In this document: piece by piece, positions 55,552 through 64,000 of the stretch
Numbering within the stretch: the stretch's first letter is position 1
How the letters are laid out: each line of letters begins with the position of its first letter
IMG/VR virus record: IMGVR_UViG_3300035491_000281
DNA from: a virus
Lineage: Duplodnaviria; Caudoviricetes
Reading direction: 5' to 3' (one strand)
DNA: 64,000 nt
Translations under genes and position numbers: made by a program
The notes under the pieces: generated by a model
Seen by the model: the letters and a program-made list of their open reading frames with translations, nothing else
Databases searched by the model: none
What the model was told of the DNA's origin: nothing

Positions 55552-57192
55552 CTAGTTCGGGCCAGTCATGAACCGCATGGTCAGGGCCAGGGTGTGGATC
55601 TCGACACTGAAGGCCAGACCCCCACCCGCTTTGACGTAGGCGGCGCGGGTTTTGAAGAAGCGATCGGTTTCATCGACGGCTTCTTTGGAATAGAGCGAGT
55701 TGAAGCTGACGGTGTCACCGTCGAAGTCGCCCCCGAGGGCGGCCAGACGGGCTGGCGATACCGAGGTCGAGTCGTGGTACTGCGTCACCACCCCTTCCTT
55801 AATGATGGGGTATTCCAGCGCTATCGGCGCCTCAGGGTCGCGTTCCCAGTCATCGCCCAGGGCGTAGCGCAGCTCCCCGGTAACAGTGGTCTTGACATAA
55901 TGCTTGGTCGGGTAGGAGCTGTTGTAGTTCTCCACCGGGTAGCGGGTGACGAAGGCACTGTTCTTGTACCACATACCCAAACCACTCAAGTAAATCAACT
56001 CCACATAGGTGAGCGGGCGGACGTACTTGGCGTTAAAGTCCTGCGGTAACTCATCGATGCTGCGCAGGAGCTTGTACTCGGCATTGGGGCTCAGGTACAC
56101 CAGGGCCAGGTAATGACCGGCGATCATCACCGGTTTGTCACGCTTGTCGATCACCGACAGTTCGTTGATGACTTTATCCAAGCCCTCTTCAGTGCTCCAG
56201 CGGTCCATCTCCTCGTTGGAGATTTCCACCCAAACCCGCTTGAGGGTTTTCGGATCTACCAGCTCGACGTTGTTGGAGGTGGTGTCAAACACCTGCCCCA
56301 CCAGGCCTGTCTTCAGGTGGTAGATGGTCTTGGGTAGGACCGAACGTGCGGCTTGGTACAGACCGATCACGGTGTCGTTGAACCGCGGGCGGTTGGGGGC
56401 GTCCAGATCGGCAGTGGAGGTATCCAGCGAAGAGATCACGTTCCGGGTACCGTTGAATACCCGACGCGACGCCCAGCGGCTCTGAATGAAGCCACCCTTA
56501 CCAGAGATCAACCGCTCGATGTGCTCGTAGATCGCCACCAGCTTCAGTGTCAGCGTGTGGCGGGTGCGGTCATAGGCGCTGAGGTCATCGCTAGCTCGGG
56601 CTTTTTCGGGGAGGTTACGCACCAGCATCAAGACCCCTTGGTAGATCTCGTTGATCTCATCCATGGAGACCCGGCCGTCCACGTCGATCTCGGCATCACG
56701 CAGGCCCGCCGGCATCACCAGCAGGTTATCAAGCAAAGCTTTGTCGCGGTACTTCTCCAGCAGCTGTACTCGCAGGTCACGGGTGGCCGAGCCCGTCTTG
56801 GCTGGGCGCAGTTCGGCAAAATGCTGAACGAAGAAATGATAACCGGTTTGCCCGTCCAGTTCGGTGGCCTTTTCGAAATCTGCTGCCTCGGGGTTCCATT
56901 TGGCGTAACCCTTACCGGAGAGGATGTCGGCGTACAGGCCTTTGAGTTTGATCAGGCGAGTGAACACCACCGGGTGGAACACCGGCACCCGCAGCGCAAT
57001 ATAACCGAAACGGCGGTCACGGTCAGGGTCGCCCACCCGACCGAACGTCAGCGTGGAAAACAAACCGTCGTCATGGAAATTACCACCGGGGCCGTCGAAG
57101 ATATCCAGGGTGGTAACCTGACGCAGCCGTCGCAGTTGTTCCGGGGACGGATTCAGTAACGACAAGTTGAGGGGGAGTAGTGCTTTTTGCAT
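55552..57192 (-). CDS. Virion RNA polymerase beta-prime subunit with catalytic loop (phiKZ gp180-like)
   Basis: GGDFDGDT catalytic motif, KGGFIQSRWASRRVFNGTRNVIS, VTRYP, DGLFSTLTFG. Confidence 0.93.
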   Translation of the reverse strand: MQKALLPLNLSLLNPSPEQLRRLRQVTTLDIFDGPGGNFHDDGLFSTLTFGRVGDPDRDRRFGYIALRVPVFHPVVFTRLIKLKGLYADILSGKGYAKWNPEAADFEKATELDGQTGYHFFVQHFAELRPAKTGSATRDLRVQLLEKYRDKALLDNLLVMPAGLRDAEIDVDGRVSMDEINEIYQGVLMLVRNLPEKARASDDLSAYDRTRHTLTLKLVAIYEHIERLISGKGGFIQSRWASRRVFNGTRNVISSLDTSTADLDAPNRPRFNDTVIGLYQAARSVLPKTIYHLKTGLVGQVFDTTSNNVELVDPKTLKRVWVEISNEEMDRWSTEEGLDKVINELSVIDKRDKPVMIAGHYLALVYLSPNAEYKLLRSIDELPQDFNAKYVRPLTYVELIYLSGLGMWYKNSAFVTRYPVENYNSSYPTKHYVKTTVTGELRYALGDDWERDPEAPIALEYPIIKEGVVTQYHDSTSVSPARLAALGGDFDGDTVSFNSLYSKEAVDETDRFFKTRAAYVKAGGGLAFSVEIHTLALTMRFMTGPN

Positions 57193-57250
57193 GTCAGGAC
57201 CTTAAACCGATGGATGGTATGATAATTTAGTCAATGCCGGAGAGCTTTCC

Positions 57251-60200
57251 ATGGCAGAGTCCAAAAACCCTAAGTCGGGGAAAACAAAACTGTCGACTCA
57301 GGATCTGGAACTGAGCGTTCTGGATCTGGATAATCTCGACGACCCGTTTGCCGTCGATGAGCTGGCATCCGGCCACGAAACCCAGCCGGGAGCCGTGAAG
57401 CGATTCGTTGCCGGTTTTCGTCGCGGCTTTCTTGATGAGAAACGGTTCAAGCGCCACATTCGCAGTCTAGTCGTCGGGGCGTTGCCCGACGGTTATTCCC
57501 ATGCCTACCATGCTGCGGCAAGTGCCCGCTCGCAACTGGAAACCGATTTCCAACAGCTGCGGGTGGAAAACCCAGCAACCCTGATGTCGCTGCTGGAGAA
57601 AACGGAACGGGTCCTGCCGAAGATCAAATCGCGGGCACCGAAGCGGTTGTATTCGCGCTTGGAAGAACGGGTAGCTAAGGTCAAATCCGAGCTCGGGTAT
57701 GAGCTGGACTACCAGCGGAAAAGTGATCGTTCCCAAGCCGAAATTGACGAAGGGCATATTGTTGAGGGTCTGCGTGATCTTCACATCCTGACCGAAGCGC
57801 GGCGCGAACATGCCGAGTCGGAACGGCAACTCCAGGGGATGGCCGAACGCAGCCTACGCGACCAGGTGGAGAAGGGCCGTTTCCTGGCACTGAACGACCA
57901 CCTGAGTCATATCGGCACCTCGCTGGCCCAGCAGAATCAGTACCAAGAGAAAATCACCTACCACTTCCAGCGTAAGACCCTGGAGCTGCAATACCGCACC
58001 TATTTCGTCTTGCGCGATATGCGGCAAATGACCGCCGCGCGGATGATGCTGGAGCAACAGAGTTTCCTGCGTCGCAACCCGGAAGCGGGTGGTGGTTTGT
58101 TTGGCGGTATGCAATCGCCAGCGGCGGCGCTGGCAGCCCACCAGGCGGCCATGGGTCTGGCGGGTGGTACTGGGGCCGGTGGCTTTACCTACGGATCGCA
58201 GATCAAACGTCAGCTGACCAATAAAGCCGTCAACCGCGTCAGTGGTTACCTGCCGGCCTATCTCGCGGAGTTCTATCCGAACCTGCGCCAGAACCTGATG
58301 ACCCAAGCGGCACAGTTCTTGCAGAACATCGACCAGTTGGCGGGCCAGGGGGAGATGCTCGGCTCGATGGGCGGTATGCTGGGGCGGGGTGATCGCAGTG
58401 GGATCGCCGGTGACCTTGCCGGCGAGGGTATGCATGGTCTGCTGGGTTCGTTTATCGTTCCTCGCCTGGCCCGGGCGATGCGGCCTGCGTTTAACCGCGC
58501 GGGTGACAAAGCCGGTGGTCAAAACCATCTGCTCGCCTACTACCTCAACAACTTCCCGGCGCTGTTGCAGGAATACACCCAAGACCTCAACCAGAGTTCC
58601 GGTTGGCGGGGTGTGCTGCAGAACTTCGTGCGGTCGGTGGCACCCAGCTACTACCAGGATGATGAGATAAAGGATGGTACCTATCAAAGCATTAACAAGG
58701 AAGCGACCTTTAACCAGCTGACTCAGCGGTCGATCGTCGACATCATTCCCGGGTATCTGTCACGTATCCTCCATGAAGCCCGCATGATCCGCACCGGTCG
58801 AGATGACCTGGAGCGGGAAGTGTACGACATCACGACCGGAAAGTTCACGGGTGTGGGGTCGGCGGCGAAAGCCATGGCTGGACGCGTGGTCAATGAGACC
58901 ACTCGGCGACAGATCAACACCACCCTGGACGACGTAGTTGATCGTTACGACCCGGACGGTAAGCTGTCACCGGCAGCGCGGGAAGCGCTGCGCGAACGGC
59001 TGCTGCGGGATGCGGCCACCAACGGACGGTTCGATCCGGGTAAGTATGCTTCGGGCAGCGGGTATGGCAGTAATGTCACCGATGAAGCCATCGAAGAACT
59101 GAGTGGCTTCTTTAATAATATCTTCGATCTGGATGCTGACGGGAAGATCGCCAAAGACGTAGAAAACCGTCGTCGGTTGAATGCCTACTCCAACGTATTC
59201 CTGGAACTGCGCAACATCATCCCAGATCCCCGCAAGGAGATCCGTCGGGTCCATGGTGTGGGTAGTCAGGAGTTGCTGCGTGAGCTGGGCCTGGTCAGTA
59301 CCCATCACGGTGTGGACCGGATCGACTTCGAGCGGTTGTTCGGGATGTACCGTGGGGCCAATGGCACCGACGACAACGTCGGTCTCAGCGACTTTACCGA
59401 CGCCCCGAAAGAGCAACCGCGCAGCTTTAAGGAGACACTCAGCGAGCAGGTTGACCGTCGGATCGATTCCGCGTTGGCAGGATTGACTGGGGTCTTCCGT
59501 AAGCCGGTGGCAGATGAACTGCAGGACTTGCACCTACAGGACAGTCCAACCCCCCTGCTGATGGCACGGGAAATGCAAGCCGGTAACTACGTGGATGAAA
59601 ACACCGGGAAAACGGTGCGCTCATTCAAGGATATCACCGGGGCAATCCGTCATCGGCTGGGCTTTGTGGTGGCGACCGCGGATGAAGTCTTCCGTGGGTT
59701 GTTCACGCGTGACGGCAAGTCGGTACAGACTGGGGTAAATACCAACTCGGCGAGCTTTAAGGAAAAGGCTCAGAGCTTCCACGAGACCCTGCGCACCTCG
59801 CCGGTCAACGACTTCATTCAGGAGCAGGTGAAGGTACAAGACCTCTACACCCAGGGGTCGGAGCAGGCAGCATTGTTGGCGCGCGATATCAAGGCCGGCA
59901 AGTACCGCGATGTCAACACCGGGAAAATCATCGAAGATTTCGAAGACATCACCGGTGAGGTGCGAGACCTCGACGGCAACATCGTGGTCACTGACGCGGA
60001 ACTGCAAAACGGTCTGTTTGATGCTCAGGGGAAACAGCGGGTGGATTCGCTGCGCCGCCGGTTGGCCCGGGGCTACCTCAGCGTCACCACGCTCCCGGCA
60101 CGACTGCTGGGGAAAGGCTTGGTACGAGGTGGGGGTGCCTTGATCGATCGCCTGCGTGAGGAAAACGACGCCTACCTGCCGGACACGGAGCAGCCAGTAC

Positions 60201-63200
60201 TGACCAAGCGGGGTATCAAACGCGGGGAGTACTACAACGCTGAAACGGGACGGGCACTGCAGTCGTTCGATGACGTCAATGGTGATATCGTAGATCGGGA
60301 TGGCAACCTGGTGTTGGCCGCGGCCGACATCCCACGGTTGATTACCCGGCGCGGTGGTAAGCACCGGGCGGCGTCGAAGCCGGGGCTGGTACGCAAGTTG
60401 TTAGGGAAAGCCGCGCGGGCGTACATGCGCTGGACGGTGGACTACTATAAGAAGCTACCGGGTCGACTACTAGCGGCAGGGAAGGGGGCGGTGAGTGTGG
60501 GTAAGGGGGCGGTGACTGCGGCGAAAGCAGTAGGAACAGCGATCAACCCGATGACCTACGTTCGGGGCGCCTCGCGGTTGGGTAAATGGATGTTCGGAAA
60601 GGGGCGGAATCAACCGATCCCGGATTCGGCCATTCAAACCCCCACCGACGGTATCCTGGCCCGGATCTACGAGGTTCTCAGCACTCGACTGCCGGACGAC
60701 GAACCCCGCAAGGGTTCCTGGCAGCAGATCCTAGCCGACCGCGCCAAAGGGAAGGCCAGCCTGAAGGAGAAAGGTAAAGCGGAGAAACCGACCAACCCGT
60801 TCGCCGGGCTGACTGCGGGTTTGGGCAAGCTCTTTGACTTGTTCAAGAAACGCGAGGAGGACGAGGAGGGCTTTGGGCTGGATGACGCCGCTGACGTGGC
60901 CGATATCGCGGATGCCGTGGATGGTGACGGCGACAAGAAGCGCCGTCGAAAGCCCAAGGGTCGTAAACCCAAAGGTAAGATGGGTAGGCTTGGCAAACTC
61001 TGGAATGCGGCCAAGACCAGTCGGTTGGGTCGGTTCGTAGGGGGTGCGGGGCGCCTGGCCCTGAGTGGCGCTGGTTGGTTGGCCCGGGGAGCCCTGACGG
61101 CCGGAACTGCTTTGGTTAGTGTCGTAGGGGCGCCGGTAGTACTTGGCACCGCAGCAGTGGCCGCCGCTGGTACCGTGGGGTATATGTACTACAAACGCCG
61201 TAAGCAGGCCTCGGGCGTCTTCCGGGAACTGCGGCTGACTCAGTATGGTATCTCACCGAACGGCTGGGGGGCGCCCGGGAAGATCCTCCACTTGGAGAAA
61301 ATCTTCGAAGACGTCACTCGTCGGAATGACGGGGATCAACCCACGTTCGATCTCGGTCGCCTGGACCCGCAACGCATCTTCGAAGTCTTGGAGGTGGACA
61401 CTGAAAACGAAGAAGACATTAAGGCACTGGCTGACTGGGTAGAGGGGCGTTTCAAGCCTATTTACCTGACCTACCAGAAAGCCCTGATGAACCTGGCGCC
61501 GACTGTCCCATTGTCGGAACTGGATGAGAAGCTACCCAAGGAGTTGGGTCTGGCACTGCTCGATCAGGTGAAGTTCCCGTACAGTGGTAACACTCCGTAT
61601 GCCATTACAGCGTCGCCATTTGGGGCCGATGATGAACTCTCGACCGATGTGGATGACATCAAGGAACGTGAAGAGGCGGTGCGTGAGCACTACCGGGACG
61701 CCAAACCGAAAGAGGATAAAACGGCTGAGAAAGCGACAGTAGCCACGGCTGCAATTGCCAACAACGCTGTTCAGGCTGCTAAGGTGGCGCCCCCGGTTAC
61801 TCCGGTGGCGCGCTCGACGTCCCGCAGGGGACAGGGGACGGCAGTGGTCGCCGGAAGCTCCATGCTGGCAGTCGCGGCTAACCGCGGGTTCGGCGGCGAG
61901 CGGTTGACGGTGGTGGCCAGCAGCGGGGTAGCAACCAACCAGGTGCTGACCTCACTGCAGGCTATTCGACTGCGGGCGTACGGGTTGGACCGGCTGCTGG
62001 AAAGTCGGGTACAGGCACTGTTCGAGCTGGAAGATGCGGTGTTCAGTACGCTGATCGAAAGCGGTAACGGGGAAATCACCCATGAGGGTGGTTACCGTGA
62101 TTACGCAATTCGGTTTGCGGGCGCCTTCGGGTTGAATACCACCGATGAGAAAAACCGGGATGTCTATCGGTTCAATCGTTGGTTCATGGAACGGTTCCTG
62201 CAGGTATTGATTCGGTATGCGCTGGCGGTACGGAAATTTAACCGCACAACTAATCTGGCGACCATCGAGGGGACGCTGTCTGATCAGCAGAAGCTCAAAG
62301 TGGGTCGCGAGCTGGTCGATTTGCATCTGTTCAACGGCGATGACCTAGTACCCGTGTGGCGAATCCCGCGATTGGTTTGGTTGGAAGAAGACCAAGCAGC
62401 AGCCGAAGCCCACGCCAGGGCGGACCTACTACTACTGGAGACCAACGCCAAGAAGAAAGAGCAGGAACTCAGCACCCCCACCCAACGGGCCATCGGGGGT
62501 ACCACAACCCCCAGCGCCGCCAACACCTCGGGTAGCCAAACCCAAAAGAGTCAGGCGGTGATCCAGCAGGGGCAACAGCAAACGGCGATCCAACGGGCCA
62601 TCAACGCCTGGAAGACTGACACCGCGGGCTTGATTCGACCAACCTCACCGATGATTGACGTTCCGCGTCAGCCCGGTGGTCAGGTGGTGACTCGCGGTAA
62701 TGCCTTTGGTGGAATCGCTCAAGGGAACGGTGGGGTTTGGGAGGAGATCCCGCTGCCGAAGTCCAACAAGTCGTATCAAGGTGCGCTACCCACCCTGGAA
62801 GCGGTGGCGAAGATGACTGGCGTCGATGCCGGTCTGCTGGCGACCTTCTGCTCAATCGAGTCCGGCTTTGACTACACGGTTAAGGCTAAGACCTCAAGTG
62901 CGAGTGGTTGGTTCCAGTTCATCAACGCCACCTGGGACGAGCAGCTTCGGTTGCACGGTGCCAAGTACGGGATTCCGCCGGACGACGCCATGCGTTCACT
63001 GCGGTTGGACCCTCGTATCAACGCACTGATGGGGGCGGAGTTCCTCAAGGGGAATTTCAACTACCTGCAAAAAGAGTTGGGACGGACCCCAACTGACACT
63101 GATCTGTATCTGGCGCACTTCATGGGTCCGTACGGAGCTGTGCAGTTCCTGAAACAGGACAGCAACGCCAACGCGGCACAGGTATTCCCGAAGCAGGCCT

Positions 63201-63946
63201 CGGCCAACCGATCGATCTTCTTCAAGCCCTCGGGTCAAGCACGGACGATCGGAGAAGTCTACGCCCTCATGGACGAGAAAGTCTCCAAGCACCGCTACGG
63301 GGCAGGGAAAGGGGTTAACGTTGGCCAGCACGCCGCGAACGATCCGACCATGTCGGGTTCCGCAGCAGGCGATAACGTCACAATCGGGCCAGATGGTCAG
63401 GCGGTGGCGCAACTTGCACCGGGGGACGTCACGGGGGCTTTCCAGTCCACCAACAATCCCTTCGCGAACGGAACGCAGAAAGGTCAGAGCATGGCCCAAC
63501 GCGCCGAAAGCACGGTCAACCCATATAACCAGGTCGCCACAGGCGTCTTGGGCACTGGCGTTGGCAGTCCAAGCCCAACCCCAACAGCGGGGACGGAGGA
63601 GGTACCCAGCGCCGGGGCGAGTGATCCGGTGGTGCAGCACAACGAGTCCATCAAACGGCAAGCCATTGCCGCGGACCGCCGGCAGCAGGAGCAAACCGGC
63701 CAAGCGGTTCAGCACAACCGGGAGATGGGCCAGTTGTTGGCCAAGCAGTTGGAAACCCAGATGGAAATGCGGGATTACCTGCGGACGATCGCCGAGACCT
63801 TCGGTGGAATCAAGCGGGATGGTCTTAAAGTCCAAGGAGGAGGGGTCGGAGCCGGTAGCTCGTCTAATGATACGAGTAAACCTACTACGGCGCCTGCAGG
63901 ACGACCGGCTGGGAACAGCCCCGCACCCATCAGCATGCGACGTTAA
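57251..63946 (+). CDS. Giant tail protein / tape-measure-like with C-terminal lytic transglycosylase (phiKZ gp181-like)
   Basis: 2231 aa; SLT motifs CSIESGF, SASGWFQFINATW, DLYLAHFMGPYGA; Gly/Ala-rich helical tracts; divergent from the gp180-like gene. Confidence 0.88.
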   Translation: MAESKNPKSGKTKLSTQDLELSVLDLDNLDDPFAVDELASGHETQPGAVKRFVAGFRRGFLDEKRFKRHIRSLVVGALPDGYSHAYHAAASARSQLETDFQQLRVENPATLMSLLEKTERVLPKIKSRAPKRLYSRLEERVAKVKSELGYELDYQRKSDRSQAEIDEGHIVEGLRDLHILTEARREHAESERQLQGMAERSLRDQVEKGRFLALNDHLSHIGTSLAQQNQYQEKITYHFQRKTLELQYRTYFVLRDMRQMTAARMMLEQQSFLRRNPEAGGGLFGGMQSPAAALAAHQAAMGLAGGTGAGGFTYGSQIKRQLTNKAVNRVSGYLPAYLAEFYPNLRQNLMTQAAQFLQNIDQLAGQGEMLGSMGGMLGRGDRSGIAGDLAGEGMHGLLGSFIVPRLARAMRPAFNRAGDKAGGQNHLLAYYLNNFPALLQEYTQDLNQSSGWRGVLQNFVRSVAPSYYQDDEIKDGTYQSINKEATFNQLTQRSIVDIIPGYLSRILHEARMIRTGRDDLEREVYDITTGKFTGVGSAAKAMAGRVVNETTRRQINTTLDDVVDRYDPDGKLSPAAREALRERLLRDAATNGRFDPGKYASGSGYGSNVTDEAIEELSGFFNNIFDLDADGKIAKDVENRRRLNAYSNVFLELRNIIPDPRKEIRRVHGVGSQELLRELGLVSTHHGVDRIDFERLFGMYRGANGTDDNVGLSDFTDAPKEQPRSFKETLSEQVDRRIDSALAGLTGVFRKPVADELQDLHLQDSPTPLLMAREMQAGNYVDENTGKTVRSFKDITGAIRHRLGFVVATADEVFRGLFTRDGKSVQTGVNTNSASFKEKAQSFHETLRTSPVNDFIQEQVKVQDLYTQGSEQAALLARDIKAGKYRDVNTGKIIEDFEDITGEVRDLDGNIVVTDAELQNGLFDAQGKQRVDSLRRRLARGYLSVTTLPARLLGKGLVRGGGALIDRLREENDAYLPDTEQPVLTKRGIKRGEYYNAETGRALQSFDDVNGDIVDRDGNLVLAAADIPRLITRRGGKHRAASKPGLVRKLLGKAARAYMRWTVDYYKKLPGRLLAAGKGAVSVGKGAVTAAKAVGTAINPMTYVRGASRLGKWMFGKGRNQPIPDSAIQTPTDGILARIYEVLSTRLPDDEPRKGSWQQILADRAKGKASLKEKGKAEKPTNPFAGLTAGLGKLFDLFKKREEDEEGFGLDDAADVADIADAVDGDGDKKRRRKPKGRKPKGKMGRLGKLWNAAKTSRLGRFVGGAGRLALSGAGWLARGALTAGTALVSVVGAPVVLGTAAVAAAGTVGYMYYKRRKQASGVFRELRLTQYGISPNGWGAPGKILHLEKIFEDVTRRNDGDQPTFDLGRLDPQRIFEVLEVDTENEEDIKALADWVEGRFKPIYLTYQKALMNLAPTVPLSELDEKLPKELGLALLDQVKFPYSGNTPYAITASPFGADDELSTDVDDIKEREEAVREHYRDAKPKEDKTAEKATVATAAIANNAVQAAKVAPPVTPVARSTSRRGQGTAVVAGSSMLAVAANRGFGGERLTVVASSGVATNQVLTSLQAIRLRAYGLDRLLESRVQALFELEDAVFSTLIESGNGEITHEGGYRDYAIRFAGAFGLNTTDEKNRDVYRFNRWFMERFLQVLIRYALAVRKFNRTTNLATIEGTLSDQQKLKVGRELVDLHLFNGDDLVPVWRIPRLVWLEEDQAAAEAHARADLLLLETNAKKKEQELSTPTQRAIGGTTTPSAANTSGSQTQKSQAVIQQGQQQTAIQRAINAWKTDTAGLIRPTSPMIDVPRQPGGQVVTRGNAFGGIAQGNGGVWEEIPLPKSNKSYQGALPTLEAVAKMTGVDAGLLATFCSIESGFDYTVKAKTSSASGWFQFINATWDEQLRLHGAKYGIPPDDAMRSLRLDPRINALMGAEFLKGNFNYLQKELGRTPTDTDLYLAHFMGPYGAVQFLKQDSNANAAQVFPKQASANRSIFFKPSGQARTIGEVYALMDEKVSKHRYGAGKGVNVGQHAANDPTMSGSAAGDNVTIGPDGQAVAQLAPGDVTGAFQSTNNPFANGTQKGQSMAQRAESTVNPYNQVATGVLGTGVGSPSPTPTAGTEEVPSAGASDPVVQHNESIKRQAIAADRRQQEQTGQAVQHNREMGQLLAKQLETQMEMRDYLRTIAETFGGIKRDGLKVQGGGVGAGSSSNDTSKPTTAPAGRPAGNSPAPISMRR

Positions 63947-63952
63947 GCATAG

Positions 63953-63982
63953 GTCCCCGGGGTTTCCCGGGGACTCTTTTTT
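63953..63982 (+). terminator. Rho-independent terminator
   Basis: GTCCCCGGG-gttt-CCCGGGGAC followed by TCTTTTTT. Confidence 0.85.
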
Positions 63983-64000
63983 CTGGAGGTTCAGTTATGG

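Noticed and set aside
55552-57192. Second intron, intein or free-standing nuclease at the beta-prime/beta boundary
   Set aside because: The frame is continuous with intact motifs, and only 9 bp separate it from the next gene.
519-63835. Long antisense ORFs (e.g. 519-1262, 28062-29390, 44960-46120, 48365-49363, 54280-55419, 62996-63835)
   Set aside because: Shadow frames of GC-rich genes with recognisable products on the opposite strand; no SD or motifs.
1-64000. tRNA, rRNA, IS or integrase genes
   Set aside because: No cloverleaf with T-loop/CCA, rRNA signature or transposase/integrase motif recognised by eye; tRNAscan was not run.

Overview
The window is a segment of a GC-rich phiKZ-like (nucleus-forming, Chimalliviridae-type) jumbo phage genome. 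A Gram-negative host is inferred from the spanins and PG-binding endolysin. It covers the late/virion region: a fibre cluster (collagen/foldon fibre and five paralogous NPH-repeat fibres), a lysis module, RuvC, dUTPase, SbcC, spike plus PAAR tip, inner-head proteins, RNase H, UvsX, the prohead protease, three virion RNA polymerase subunit genes and the giant tail protein with a lytic transglycosylase domain. The strongest discovery is a 1,547-nt group I intron (52292-53838, minus strand) splitting the virion RNAP beta gene. Both splice sites, the IGS and the P/Q/R/S core can be read directly from the sequence. The intron carries a Zn-repeat plus Vsr/EDxHD-like endonuclease ORF in the P1 loop, whose last codons are the IGS. 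The best candidate for an undescribed system is a tandem pair of 2OG-Fe(II)-oxygenase-fold genes (one catalytic, one apparently degenerate) inside the fibre operon near a Lys-Gly-rich collagen fibre with tandem T4-foldon repeats, suggesting phage-encoded post-translational modification of virion fibres (inference). phiKZ gene-number equivalences come from remembered motifs and synteny, not from database searches.
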